Part shown: one piece after another, positions 38,079-50,956 of the stretch | Position numbering within the stretch: position 1 is the stretch's first letter | How the letters are laid out: each line of letters begins with the position of its first letter | From: Eledone cirrhosa | Lineage: Eukaryota | Assembly: GCA_964016885.1 (NCBI GenBank) | Contig: OZ024741.1 | Coordinates: 161,572,001-161,636,000, forward strand | DNA length: 64,000 nt | Direction: 5' to 3' | Made by a program: the position numbers and the translations under genes | Notes under the pieces: generated by a model | What the model saw: the letters and a program-made list of their open reading frames with translations, nothing else | Told to the model about the DNA's origin: nothing | Database searches by the model: none

Positions 38079-38419
38079 ACCACTTTACAAAGAGTATTGG
38101 GTACATTTTATTGTGATGCCAGCACTACCACATTACAGTATGGACAGTATGTATTTCATCATGACACCAGCATTACCATTTTACAGAGTATATTGGGTGC
38201 ATTTTATCATAAGACCAGCATTACCACTTTACAGTGTGAACAGTAAGTCTTTTAACATGACACCAGCTCTATCACTTTACAGTGTGTACTGGGTGTATTT
38301 ATCATGGCACTAGTACTATCTTTTCACAGAGTGTACTGGGAATATTTTATCATGGCACCAGCACTATCACTCTACAGAGTGTACTGGGTTTATCATTATA
38401 CCAGCACTAACATTTACAG
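38079..38419. repeat. ~48-bp minisatellite, ~7 diverged copies
   Basis: Unit approximately accactttacagagtgtactgggtgcattttatcatgacaccagcact. Confidence 0.8.
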
Positions 38420-38594
38420 GGTCCTCTAGTTTTAAAACCTTGTTAACAAATAAATCAGGTGATAACATTGTGATTTCATAAACATAATTCATAAACCAAT
38501 ATAAGAGAGCCTCTAGAATATCACAAACCTGGTTTTAGATATTTTCTAAAAAAAAATCATCACAGAATGTTAAAGAGTTAACCCATAAACATAC

Positions 38595-38748
38595 CAGCTG
38601 AGATGCCGGCAGCTCCAATAAGAACTGCAGGAATAACAAGAATAACAGCCAACACAGCACCAACAAAGGACAAAATTTGAGAATAAACAGCACTTTGCAT
38701 TGATAAGACTCGTTGAAAAAATGACTGCCAGGGAATAGTTCCAAATAC
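38595..38748 (-). CDS. SLC5A7: SLC5A7-like coding exon 6
   Basis: ttgtag|...|gtatgt, 154 nt; VFGTIPWQSFFQRVLS...IPAVLIGAAGISA matches CHT1 GGIPWQAYFQRVLS...IPAILIGA. Confidence 0.93.
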
Positions 38749-39719
38749 CTACAAAAGAAATAAAATATCTAAAAAGTTAGAAACATACAATAACATCATG
38801 TCGTGAGAAAGAAATATATTTTCTGACAATTTTTAGTATTTTAATTTGCTTGTGCTGAGAAAGGTCAACAACTGACCTTCCCCACAATGTGACATACAAA
38901 CTACTAATATGCATCTGCTGGGTGGCAACTGGTTAATAGACCCTGTCGAACCTGTGTAAGCTATTTTTAGAGGAGTGAGAATTTCAATCAGTTCTAACTC
39001 AAATGCATGCCACTCAGAGGCACAGATTCCCACATTCTCCAAAGTTTCCTTCAGACCCCCTTGACAATGGATGGTACATCCGAAATATAGGGGCCAATAA
39101 ATATTTACAAAGTAACATTATCTCTGGTTCTTTCTTTTTCCTTTTCTCTTCTTTACTCAACCTCACCTCTCTGTTTCTTAAAACAAGTTTGTTGCCTAAA
39201 TATTTACAACCCCATCTACATTGTAGCAGCCAAATTTCTTACATATATCAACCAATTTTCTTACATATATCATACATAAAGAAAGTTTACATATTATAAG
39301 TTTTTGCTTTGACATAGCTGTATAAATATAAATATGTGAATTTTGTATATTTATTTACATATACTATGTTTATGAATAAACATTTGAAAGCCTTTTAGCT
39401 ATGAATTTTGGAAGCTGATAGCTAGTGCCATCTAGCAGATTCTAGCAAAAGCAGTAGAAGATAACTATCGACAATTGGTTCTGGCTATCAAGATAATGCT
39501 TCCTCTACCCTGCTCTCTGCTGGAATTTAATACAGGCGAAAATATATAGTTTTTGCGCCTATGTATATGGGCTGATTAGCCTCATAGAGCTGTTAAGGCT
39601 GGCTCAGCCTGAAAATAGAGTTAAAGTTTTTGCTCTATATTTAACTCTGTATTTACTGAACTGATAATGAATAGACCACATCCTTCCTATTTAAACATAA
39701 TACAGAGAAAGTTAATTGT

Positions 39720-40155
39720 TTAAGATACTCTCAATATTCTTCAGAACATCTGTTCAGTCAGTGTTGTATGGATCAGGTACATGGACCCTGACACAAACAC
39801 TTGAGAAAAAACTAAATGGTTCATACAGTAATATGCTTAGGGTTGTACCAAACAAACAGGCATCAATATATTATAATCGAAAATTTATATGGAAATTTGT
39901 CCAAAATAACAACTACAATTGCTCAAAGATGGTTACGATTTGCAGGACATTGCTGGAGATGTAAGCAAGAAGTTATACATAAGCTACTATTGTGGGAACC
40001 AACTCACAGGAGATGCAGTAGAGGAAGACCAGCTTGAACATTCAGCGATCAACTCTCAGACTATAAAAATCTTGGTAGAGAGCAGTTGCCAGGAATATCA
40101 TGAGTTGTGGAGAAACTTTGTCAAGAAAGTTTGACTGTGGTCATAATGATGATGA
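39720..40155 (+). mobile_element. Old RTE-clade 3' fragment
   Basis: LYGSGTWTLT; RWLRFAGHCWR...LLWEPTH..RGRP; short (GAT)n tail. Confidence 0.7.
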
Positions 40156-40262
40156 AATATTACTAGTTCAATAAATATCATAGACATTATGTGTGTGTGT
40201 GTATATATATATATGTATATACATATATATATATACATCATCATCATTTAACATACCTAACT

Positions 40263-40613
40263 CATCATCATCATCATCATCATCATTTTTTTTTTACGTC
40301 CGCTTTTCCCTGCTTGCAAGGGTGGGACGGGAACTGATTCTGGCTTGATTTCTACAGCTGGATGCCCTTCCTAACCTAACACCAACCTCATTTACAGTGA
40401 GTGTTGGGTGCTTTTTTGCCGTGGCACCTCCACGACCACTTTGCAGTGGAATGATAGGGACCCCAGTCCCTATCATCTCATTTCTACAGCTGAGTAAACT
40501 GGAGCAATGTGAAATAAAGTGTCTTGCTCAAGGAAACAACACATCACTTGGTCTGAGAATTGAACTCACAACCTTTCGATTGCAAAGCCAATGCTCTAAC
40601 CACCAAGCCATCC
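40263..40613 (-). mobile_element. CORE-like SINE with RTE-B tail
   Basis: Reverse complement of 8965-9308. Confidence 0.88.
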
Positions 40614-40822
40614 ATATATTGTATCCACCCACTCCACTACCTATCTTCATCTATCTATCACTCCATCTCTCCCTCTATATATATATATATAAATTCAAGG
40701 GTAAGATATTGTCTAGACAACTGTCTCCACATTATGCGTGTTTGTGCGATTATACAGGCACAATTGTATAAGAAGATCTGACAGTAAAGTTGTTATAAGA
40801 TCGATTCTAACCATCCATATAC

Positions 40823-40859
<37 letters not shown>

Positions 40860-40986
40860 GAGGCATTGCCAAAGAAAAATCGGATAGCAAATCAAAGAAC
40901 TTACATAGATAAAATTTTGAATATTTTCAAATCGGATAGCAAGTAAAAAAACTTACTTGAGAATGGTAAAATTCCTAGATTTCAAT

Positions 40987-41021
40987 ATTCTACACAGCTG
41001 TTTCTCAATCGTCAGTAGAAT
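40987..41021 (-). ncRNA. Ultra-minimal, probably inactive hammerhead motif
   Basis: attcta CTGACGA ttga GAAAC agct GTG tagaat; 6-bp stem I, stem II lost, GUG triplet. Confidence 0.55.
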
Positions 41022-41649
41022 TGTCATCTTACTAAATGCATTATATACGACTCATCATCATAGCTTTAAAACAGGTTTTGAAAGCACATAGCAAGGAACA
41101 TAATAATATGAGGATACAGGAAGGCCAACGGGAAAGCAGTGCTATATCTAAAAAAAAACAGGCTATGTCACCATTGAAGGTCACGGACAACACAATTTGA
41201 ACTAGAACGGCCATCATCAAATGGTCGCCACTGTGTAGAGTGCCTGCTTGAAACTTCCAGAAATATCCTTTACTTGTCCCATTTTGCCAATCCAAGGTCA
41301 TGGTAGATGACAAAAGATGTCTCACTGTAGAATCAAACCATCTTAACCTTTTCATTACCATATTTCTAATGCTTTTCAAATCGTTTTGAAAATATTCAAA
41401 CATTTGGAGGAGATGTAGTAATATAACTTTGTCATTATAAAATTAGTGTTTGGAGCATAACTTAAATATTCCTATATAAAATTATATATAAACACGATAT
41501 AACAAAGGTTATCTCCCTTACATTTACTGCTCAGGGGTACATAACTGTCTAACTACAACGTATCTAACTGGAAAAAGGCGTGTATGTAAACAAATATATT
41601 AAAATCATCACTTAACGTCCATTTTTCCCTAAAGGATATGTTTATATAT

Positions 41650-41812
41650 AATGATTTCTGATTTAGGCACAAGGCCAATAATTTTGGGAGAGAGTAAAGT
41701 TGATTAAATCGACCCAATGCGTTACTGGTACTTTATTTTATCGACCCCATAAGGATGAAAGGTAAAGCTAACCTCGGCAGGATTTGAACTCAGAATGTAA
41801 AGGGCCGTAACA
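41650..41812 (-). mobile_element. Meta-like SINE (long-tail variant)
   Basis: tactggtactttattttatcgacccc...ggatgaaagg...ggatttgaactc. Confidence 0.75.
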
Positions 41813-42975
41813 ATTGCAGCAAGTCATATAATAAACATACATATTAACTCACGATGAGTATTTTAAACTGTGATTTATCTCCATTTCATCAGTACTGCTG
41901 TCAGACCACTGCATAAATGTTTCAGAATTATTATTCATCATCTGCAATACTTATGCCAAGGTATGAAAGATTTTGTAAACAAACTATTTTTGTTAAAAGC
42001 CTATTTACATACAATGCAAGTAAGGCTGGCAAGTATTAATTTGTAACAGCACTAATACAGTGTGATTCAGAATAAAGTTTAACTACCCAAGATATGCTGT
42101 ATATTACAACAGCACCTCAACAATTCTATTAGGATCAATTGATATTTGTATGTGTGTATATGTTGGACTTCCATTGGTTCCGACGACAAACATTCCATTT
42201 GTTCAATCAATGATGCAGTCTACTTGGAAAATTAACGTGTAAATATCTGAGCATTCTTCTTTTATTTTGTTGATGAGTATTCCAGATGTTCAACCAACAA
42301 AACCACCTACTCATCTATCGTGTAGCTGAGTATTTCACTAACAGTTATACTCTTAATGCAATCCTTAGGTAGACTCAGCATAAACCAGTGTGTGATATGG
42401 CAAGCTATTTGAATTACACATACAGTCTATCTGATAGAACTCTACAGTTTCCATCTACCCAATTTCTCTCTTTCTTAAGTCAATCCAACACTATAATAGA
42501 AGACACTGGCCAAGATACTGGCACCATATCTACAGATATATAGATATATGGGGAAAGGAGGGCTCTTCAATCAAATGAATAGCTTACAACCTCTCTAGAG
42601 CTGGTACCATGATAAAACACATCCAGTATATGCTGTAAAGTGGTTGGTGTTAAGGACATCCAGTCATAGAAACCATGCTAAAGAAGGTTGAGAGAATTCT
42701 TCAGTCACATAAAGGACATGATAATCTGTCTACTATTGGTGCCACAATAAAATGCCTCCAGTATAGCCTGTAAAGTGGATAGTGTTAAGAAGGGCATCCA
42801 AATAAAGAAAACATGTCCAATCAAGGAACATGTATAAGCGAGATGTGACCTCACAGCCTGTCTATGAGGACAGCAACATTGATTAAGTACTGACTCTGTC
42901 AAACCCATGCCAGCTTAGAAAAAACAGTTGCAAAAAGATGATGATGATGATATATGCACATATATATCTACACGC

Positions 42976-43007
<32 letters not shown>

Positions 43008-43044
43008 TAGACAGACACATGCATGCGGAAAAATATAAAATTAC

Positions 43045-43170
43045 CATAGTGATAAGAAGATCAGTCCAAATACCAGCTTCATCGTTTGAAATTGAACCAA
43101 GCCATTTGTCCTTTGTAGAAGCAATATTCGCTACTCTATCATCCAAAAGTATAAACGGAGTGCACACAGA
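43045..43170 (-). CDS. SLC5A7: SLC5A7-like coding exon 5
   Basis: taacag|...|gtaatt, 126 nt, phase 0-0; SVCTPFILLDDRVANIASTKDKWLGSI...WTDLLITM matches CHT1 VPF...WLG...WLD. Confidence 0.88.
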
Positions 43171-43314
43171 CTGTTAAAAGAATTTCAAACAAAATGGACA
43201 AAAGTTTAATTATTAATATTCGGAACATATGTTATATAATGTCACATCGAAGCAAATAACATTCATGGTCTGTATAGTTTGATATTTTGTTTTTACTTAA
43301 TAACTCTGGAAGGA

Positions 43315-43690
43315 GTAGTAGTGCCCATCACCTTCACAAACCTAGGGGAAGGAGGGGTACCTAGAGGAAGAGACACTGCCCATGGCCTTCACAGACTAGC
43401 CAAATTCTGTTGATGTACTGTATAAATTGTTACAGGTTCACAACTTTGGGAAAGACATCAGCAGGGAGGGAGTTCCAAAGGGATCATGTTATGGGTAAGA
43501 AGAACTGGACATAATAGTTAGTATGGGATATTGAGTGTTGGACACGTGGCTGATGAGAGCAGGAATGAGTAAATCAGGTACATCTGAGTGGAAGTAGCAT
43601 GAGATTACCAAGCTTCAAGGAGCGGAGACCATAGTAATAGAGGGAGAATAGGAAGAGGAAAGAGATAACACATCTAGGGGCCAGATACAC
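43315..43690 (-). mobile_element. Old CR1/Jockey-like 3' fragment
   Basis: Minus-strand LWNSLP-type motif at ~43460-43482 and SL(F)YYY motif upstream. Confidence 0.45.
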
Positions 43691-43717
43691 ATAGCAAAAA
43701 TAAGTAACTGTATTTAC

Positions 43718-43866
43718 CATTCCAATAATGATAAAACCTAACTGAATGACATCTGTATAAACAATAGCCAACATCTGGCCACAGACAGAATATATAATAG
43801 TTACGAGAGCCGACACCACAATTGCTATGTTTGTATCAATGCCAGTCATTATTCCCAGGCTAGTAC
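43718..43866 (-). CDS. SLC5A7: SLC5A7-like coding exon 4
   Basis: tttcag|...|gtaaat, 149 nt, phase 1-0; GTSLGIMTG...YSVCGQMLAIVYTDVIQL contains the SSS-family YTD motif. Confidence 0.92.
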
Positions 43867-44107
43867 CTGAAAAGAAAAAAAAAACACAATAAGCCAGAGT
43901 CAAATAATCTATATTATAATAAATGTATAACATATGTTTGTCTGTCTATTACAGATATATTATGATCTGTCAAAAAAGTTCTAAGATTTCTATTAAAAAT
44001 TCAGGAAATACAGTTGAAAGTAAGACAAAATTTGAAGGAATATTCAAAATGTTCTAAAATGCTTTCATTGATGACAAAAGTCAGTGCTCTCTCTCTCTTG
44101 CACTCAA

Positions 44108-44471
44108 TAATGATAATAATAATAGTTTCTGATTTAGGCTCAAGGCCAACAATTTTGGAGGAGGAGAAAGTCAATTAAATCAACCCCAGTGCATTACTGG
44201 TACTTTATTTTATTGACCCCTTAAGGATGAAAATCAAAGCTAACTTCAGCAGGATTTTAACTCAACAATAATAATTGTTTCTACTTTTGGCACAAGGCCA
44301 GCAATTACCCAGTACATTACTGGTACTTTATTTTATCGACCCCGTATGGATGAAAGGCAAAGTTAACCTCGGTGGGATTTGAAATCAGATCATAAAGGGA
44401 CGTAACTATGTTGGAAAGCATGTCCGACCCTCTACCGAAACTGCCAATTCACCGCCCTAACTCAACAATAA
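44108..44471 (-). mobile_element. Two adjacent Meta-like SINEs; the second has a 14-bp TSD
   Basis: taactcaacaataa at 44258-44271 and 44458-44471 flanks the full copy. Confidence 0.8.
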
Positions 44472-44654
44472 GAATAATAACCCAAAGGTTCAAACGGAAT
44501 TTACAACATTTTTATTTGTCTTACGCACGTTTTCACAAATGAAATAAAGTGCAAAGATAGGATTAGTCAAAGATTGTGAGAGAACCTCTCGACCATCATC
44601 AAGCAATCGCACAGATACATAGAACTGCTACTCAAGGACCTACTGTCAAGTTAC

Positions 44655-45865
44655 AAATCTCAGGACTGCCACCCTCAATGTTGACACCCTGAAAGATAAA
44701 TCAGGTGAAATTGTGGAGCTGTTAGAGAGAAAAGAAGTAGATGTATGCTGTGTACAAAAAGTGAGATGGAGGAGTGCCTCAGCAAAACTAGTCACAAGCA
44801 AACAGCATAGATATAAACTCTACTGGGTAGGAAATGACGATGGGGTAAGTTGTGTAGGCATCTTACCAGCTGAGAAATTGATAGATAAGGTGATAGAGGT
44901 AGTTAGAGTGACAGAACTGTCAAGCTTAGAATAGCTGTAGGAAATAGAATGGTGACAATTACATCTACCTGTGTGGTCTTTACTCAGGCAAGACCGAGTA
45001 AAGGCCAAAAGGACAGGTACTCTGAGGAACTTTTACTGACAACCTCAGCTATTAATGAAAGAGATTTCAATGGACATGTTGGACAGTACCAGGATGGATT
45101 CACTGGAGTTCATGGCAGCTATGGCTTAAGAAATGAAGAGTTCACAGCAGCTATGGCTTAAGAAATGAAGAGGAAATGAGGCTACTGAAATTGTGTGATG
45201 CAAACGAACTAACCATTTGCAAAACAAATTTCAGAAAACCAGCTAGCCATCTGATCACATACTTAATCAGGTGAATACACAAGCCAGATTGATTTCTTAC
45301 TTGTAAGACAAGATAAATTAACTGTAATAAATGCTAGGGAAGAATGTGTTGCCTAATACTAGTTATTAGTGACTAAACACAAAACAGAACAAGATACACA
45401 AGAAAACATGGAAATGGAGGGTTTGGAAACTAAAGGACTTTTCAGTTAAATATATATTTAGAAAGGCCCTACGGGATGCATTTGATGAGAGCTAGATAAG
45501 TAAGTGATGAGAGGGGTTGATGAGTAAAGCACCAGCCAGCTAGAAGGTGACATGGTGGTGTAACAGCACAGTGGATAGAGCAATTAAAGCCAAGAGACAG
45601 GCATGGAAAGACTGGAAAAATGGGGGTACCAGGTAACTAAGAGAGAAGCTAGGCGACAGGTATACGCAGCTCAAATAAGCTGGAAAAGAAAGTTTGCAGC
45701 ATGAGGTCCACAGACATGAAGTGTTCTACATTGCAAAGCCATGTGTCAATGGAAATTGGGATATAGTTAGGAAAAAGTATGTTAGAAATTACTCTGGTGC
45801 ATGCAGCACCACTGATGCTCAAAAGAAAGAGGCATAGAAATGTTACTATGAGAGGCTGATGAATA
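44655..45865 (+). mobile_element. Old degenerate RTE 5' (APE) fragment
   Basis: [26 protein letters not shown]; many stops. Confidence 0.8.
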
Positions 45866-45907
45866 CCAATTTGCTGCTTATAATAGAAAGGAATCATTAT
45901 CCTCCTC

Positions 45908-46078
45908 ATCGGCAGTATTGGTTGAGCATCAGACACCATGCTTTGTAGCATAGAGTTATGGTCCTTTGCGTTCTGAGTTCAAATCCCACCGAGGTTAGCT
46001 TTGTTTTTCATCCTTATGGGGTCAATAAAATAAAGCACCAGTAATGCACTGGGGTAATTGCTGGCCTTGTGCCAAAAG
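45908..46078 (+). mobile_element. Meta-like SINE
   Basis: B box gagttcaaatcc, ttttcatccttatggggtcaataaa, tail. Confidence 0.75.
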
Positions 46079-46624
46079 GTCTGCTCTTCTATTCTGACAT
46101 AGATTGGGCAAATTGTTACAGATCAAATCAGTGCTTTACCCTTTCATGACCATATTTCTAATGAAATACAATCTATTTCATTACTAAGATAGAAACTTAA
46201 TGTAAGGTTGTTATATAAAATTATGTTTGAAGATTTTGATTTAAAATGGGTGGTTTTATTTCATAGAACCAGAGCCAGTTTTGGCCAGGTTGGTTAATCA
46301 GAGCTACTGTCCTCCTTGATAGGTTGGGAGACCTTGTCATGCTCAGATATGTTCCATTTTGGCATGGTCTCTACAGCTGGATCTCCTTCCTAACACCAAC
46401 CATTTTACAGACTGCACAGGGTTAATTTTATCATAGTACTAACACTAGAGAGGTTATCAGATCCTTGACAGAACTACAATGGTTTCTATGGCTGGGGACA
46501 CTTCCTAACACCAACCACTTTACAGAGTGTAATGGGTGCATTTTATCATGACACCGGCACTGCTAAAAAACAAACATGCACTAATGTTCTAACAAACAAG
46601 TTCCTCTAATATTGTTTTACTTAC

Positions 46625-46780
46625 CAAGTGCTATGAGAATTGAAGCTGACCAGAGAAGATCTCCAAACAAGGCAGTTAAGTAAATTGGTACAACCATTAC
46701 AGAACCATATCTTTGGTGAAACGGATCCAACATTGTCAAGTATTTACATTCACGCATCTTTTTGGCAAATATGAGCCCAC
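46625..46780 (-). CDS. SLC5A7: SLC5A7-like coding exon 3
   Basis: ttctag|...|gtaagt, 156 nt; GGLIFAKKMRECKYLTMLDPFHQRYG...GDLLWSASILIALG matches CHT1 [21 protein letters not shown]. Confidence 0.93.
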
Positions 46781-47399
46781 CTAGAAAAGAGGATAAGGTA
46801 ATGGTGTTATTGTCTGAAGTGTTTATTTTTATCTAAAAGCTTTCCATCATAATTTCATATAAAAACCTTTGTTAAGTTATGTTCCAAACACCAACTTTAT
46901 AATGAGAAAGTTAATTATATTAATAAATCCCTAAAGGTTCTTGATGATTTTCAGAAATGATTTGAAAATTACAAGCAGAGCCTTTCTTTAGAAAAAGATA
47001 TATACATTATATATATGCTAATAAAAAGTCCATGTTTATCTAAAATCTTTCAATCATAATTTTATGTACAGACTTTTGTAATGTTCCAAACATCAACTTA
47101 ATAATAATAAAGTTATTTTAATAAACCCTTCCAAATTTGAAAATGATAGGCAATGTAATTTAAAAAAGGGGTTATTGTGTGCTCCAAGCCCAGAAGTTCA
47201 TCAGGCCAGAGCTTATCCCAATTTTATTGATTTTAAATGACTGGTATCCATTTTCAATGGAGTTAACTGGATTAATATATGAAATATTTTGCTCATAAAC
47301 ATATGTCACTCAGTTCAGGAATCAAACCGATGATATTATGATCATGAGCACAATACCCTAACCACTAGGCCACACACCTTCACTAAGAGAAATAATCTC

Positions 47400-47755
47400 A
47401 ATGGATTTCCATTGGTTTCAAAGACGAGTGTTCTAGGTGCTTGATCAATGAAATAGCCTGCTCATGAAATTAATGTATAAATGACAGAGCATTCTACAAA
47501 CACATGTACCTTTAGTATAATTCTCAAGGAAATGCAGTGTGACAAAGTATGTATGACAAGGTTAGTTTTTTTAATTATCGGTACAATTCATCTGACAGGC
47601 TTCCAAACAGTTTCCATCTGCCCAATCTCCCTTACAGAACACGGTTCAACCCAAAATCAAGATAAATGACACTTGCCCAAAATGCTATGCAGGGGGATTG
47701 AACCCAGGGCCTAATGATTGTAAAGCAAACTCCTTAATCATTCATTCATACTGCA
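47400..47755 (-). mobile_element. Old tRNA-derived SINE (related copies ~42165-42520, ~56455-57110)
   Basis: Reverse B box gggattgaaccc, CORE-like gacacttgcccaa, shared body. Confidence 0.55.
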
Positions 47756-47780
47756 TCCACCTAAGATAAATAATACTTAC

Positions 47781-47888
47781 CAAATATTAAACCAAAAAGG
47801 ATTCCTACAGGAGCTAATGTCCAGGCTAAACCATAAGTGGCCACAGACTCCGCAGTACCATTTAAAAACCCTCCACCAACAATGGTAG
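47781..47888 (-). CDS. SLC5A7: SLC5A7-like coding exon 2
   Basis: ttttag|...|gtaagt, 108 nt, phase 1-1; ATIVGGGFLNGTAESVATYGLAWTLAPVG matches CHT1 ATWVGGGYINGTAE...GLAWAQAPIG. Confidence 0.92.
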
Positions 47889-48170
47889 CTAAAACATGAG
47901 AAATATCATATAAACATGACACAGTTTGATAGAAGACAGATATTACAAGAGAACAAATAATTCTTTACAGTTCATATCATCATCATGAGGAGTAGCTGAG
48001 TATTATATGCTTATGGAGGAGTAACTGGGAAGAGTAGCGGATTATTATATAGCCATGATTTTAGCTCTACACAGTGAGATATACAGTATTCTACAATGTT
48101 TCATCTATGAAACCAACTTATGGTGGTAGATCTGCAAAATTGTTAGAGCATCGGACAAGATGCTGTGTAG

Positions 48171-48456
48171 CAGTGTTTCCCAACCTATGGCTACATGGCT
48201 AAAATAGGCCATGGCAAATTTCAGGTGGGCCACAGAAATTTTATCATTTTTACTGGGCCACAGAGCTTTCATTGACTACTAATATTTTAGATGCTTGTGA
48301 AATTGTTTGTCTCCAATAAATAGATATAGTTGTGTCTTTATTGGATATATTCTATGTAAAATGGAAGTAATTTTTTACACTATAATAATTCCATGGGCCA
48401 CAGAAACATTCTGGGTTTAAAGTGGGCCATGAACTAAAAAAGGTTGTGAACCATTG
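48171..48456. mobile_element. hAT-type MITE
   Basis: TIRs cagtgtttcccaacct / aggttgtgaaccattg; 8-bp flanks ctgtgtag / ctttatag (6 of 8 match). Confidence 0.7.
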
Positions 48457-49164
48457 CTTTATAGTATTTGTTCTGAGTCTGTGCATTCTGGTGTGTTTAT
48501 ATTATACTAAAGGCCCATACTAATCATCCAACCACATGACCACAACTGATTTTGAAAGCTACAGTTAGTGGAAGAGGAATGTGGACATTTGGTACTACAG
48601 TGTAACAATGATGATGGTTGCGAGGTTTAATAATGTATGGCTATTTTGTCAACAACAGTTTAGCGAATTGGTTTATTGGTATAATCTTCTCCGGAAGATA
48701 CCGCTGGTAACCAACCACTAATTCAATTATAAGGAAAATATAGAGAGCTGCTCGTCAGAACGAGGCCAACAGTGAATAAGAGAGTGAGAAACACAAGTCT
48801 CGTCTATTTATAATGCCTACGGGAAGTAACTCTAATTAATTCTCTTTTTTTTACCCTAGAATTGTATCTGCCAACATGTCAAGTGATAAGACTAAATATC
48901 AGAATTTCATGTAAAAACTTGGTCATATTGACACAGAAATTACAGCGTGATAGTGATGGGGAGATTCAATATGTATCTACCTTATAAATTACCCAGTGTA
49001 TTACTGGTACAAATTAAATAATGTAGTCCAAGATAACCACATTTGAAAAAAGAAAAATAATTGATGGGATGGTCACAGCTGAAACACCTCTGATCAGAGT
49101 TTTGTTTGATCAAGGCTGAGCTGGGGTTTAAACACCATTCACAGCCTACTGAAAACAGGCTCAA

Positions 49165-49777
49165 ATTGCAAACAAGTCTCAATTTTATAGCAATGTCAGT
49201 AGAATGAACCCTTTATTCTTGCTCTTGTGTTGGCATGTGAATAGTTCTGCTTATAAGTAAGGGTTCATTCTACTGACATGGCTATAAAATTGAGGCTTGT
49301 TTGCATAATTGCAACGAAATGAATGTTATTAATATTCGAAAAACTCAGATTACATTTATTGTATTCAGCCATGTATTGGCAAAGCCAGCCATTTATCGCT
49401 CGTATACAGGAAACTGACTGGCCAGTCTGCTGATATGCAAATCTGGCTGATCAGTGGATCTGCTAATATGCAGATCAGCCAGTCTGCTAGTATGCAAATC
49501 AGGCCGATCAGTCACTGTGTATTTTTGAAAATAGCATATATTTTCACTAGCTCTGACAGTTTGGCAAGTGAACAGTGAGCTGTACTGATAAAGGGTGATA
49601 CCCAGAAACATTAGTGTCTGCAGTTCTGTTCACATGCCAAAACAAGAACAAGAATGAAAGGTTCATTCTACTGACATGGCTATAAAATTGAGGCTTGTTT
49701 GCATAATTGCAAACGAATCGAATGTTATTATTAATATTCGAAAAACTCAGATTACATTTATTATATTCAGCCATGTA
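49165..49777 (+). mobile_element. Family H1 copy 2: inverted 5' piece plus ~1.3 tandem units
   Basis: ~115-bp direct repeat 49259-49374 / 49659-49777; 49165-49250 is the reverse complement of ~49620-49712. Confidence 0.75.
49561..49640 (+). ncRNA. Type I hammerhead with extended stem I (core variant CTGATAA)
   Basis: ttggca a gtgaacag tg agctgta CTGATAA a gggt gat accc a GAAAC a ttag t GTC tgcagtt ctgttcac a tgccaa. Confidence 0.7.
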
Positions 49778-49789
49778 GAGTGAAAATTT

Positions 49790-49827
<38 letters not shown>

Positions 49828-49828
<1 letters not shown>

Positions 49829-49934
49829 TCCTATGCGAGCAAGACAATCACTCTTGCCTCAAGTGGGAAAACCCCCGTCCAAACCCATGCAAGCATGGAA
49901 CACGGACGTTAAACGTTGATGATGATGATGATGA
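49828..49934 (+). mobile_element. RTE-A tail fragment
   Basis: gtcctatgcgagcaagac...ggacgttaaac(gat)n. Confidence 0.85.
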
Positions 49935-50167
49935 TAAACAAACCAAGCATTATAATAAATGTTCGGTAAACCGATACGTGCATATATATATGTGTGCATA
50001 TATGTATATATATACATACTACTGTACGTCTGTATACATATATGTATGTACGTATACATACATACTTACATCTAAGTAAGTGCCGTACTAAGAGTGAGAA
50101 ATGAAATTTCGTTTCATTCTATTCCATTTATATATATATATATACACACACATATATATATACATAT

Positions 50168-50455
50168 ATCATCATCATCATCATCACCGTTTTATGTCCG
50201 TTCTTCCATGCTAGCATGGGTTAGACGGGTTGTCCTGTTGTGGGCAGTGTCTGGTCGGCTGACCATGCCTTGCTCATACAGGAACTGATTTTGGCTTGAT
50301 TTCTACAGCTGGATGCCGTTCCTAACACCAACCTCATTTACAGTGAGTACTGGATGCTTTTTTCCGTGGCGCCTACACGTCCACTTTACAGTGTGGGCTG
50401 GGAGCTTTTTTGCTGTGGCACCTCCACGACCACTTTGCAGTGGGAGGGTGTGGGG
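50168..50455 (-). mobile_element. Retroposon 3' part with tail type C (second copy 51540-51700)
   Basis: Shares the aggaagggcatccagctgtagaaatcaagcc module with the CORE-like SINE but has a different 3' tail ending aaaacggt(gat)n. Confidence 0.7.
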
Positions 50456-50540
50456 CATATTGTCTATATGCTTCAGCTTGTACCCATGGGGGGAGGGGGT
50501 CGGTACTCTGTGTGTGTGTGTATATATATATATATATGTA

Positions 50541-50904
50541 AAAGTTCTATTTAAATTGTTGGGATACAACAAGCAAATATTTTTATAACTGATATAAAGC
50601 ACTCAACAAATATTTGGAGTAAAAATACGATATTAACAAATGGAAACTATATTTATAAAACCATATTTATTTCATTATACATATTTCAAGGACACCAAGT
50701 TAAATTATGGTGTGCTTTCATCAGATAAAATATAACATAGATCAGTTTTATAAATAAATATTGACATACCCTTAAAGAATGCAACCATTACTGTTGGAAG
50801 CTCCAATTATCTGATGAAAGCACACCATAATTTAACTTGGTGTCCTTGAAATATATATAATGAAATAAATATGGTTTTATAAATAGTTTCCATTTGATAA
50901 TATC

Positions 50905-50908
<4 letters not shown>
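50541..50908. mobile_element. Family H3 inverted-repeat element with hammerhead-like motifs
   Basis: Arms 50625-50728 / 50807-50908; CTGATGA 50811-50817, stem II acacca/tggtgt, GAAA 50848; homologous to 55316-55769. Confidence 0.7.

Positions 50909-50956
<48 letters not shown>

Noticed and set aside
38079-38419. CRISPR-like periodicity
   Set aside because: Units are tandem and homologous throughout, with no unique spacers and no cas genes; eukaryotic context.
48601-48945. Minus-strand solo LTR
   Set aside because: TGTAA...TTACA ends and a TATA-like motif are present but no target-site duplication.
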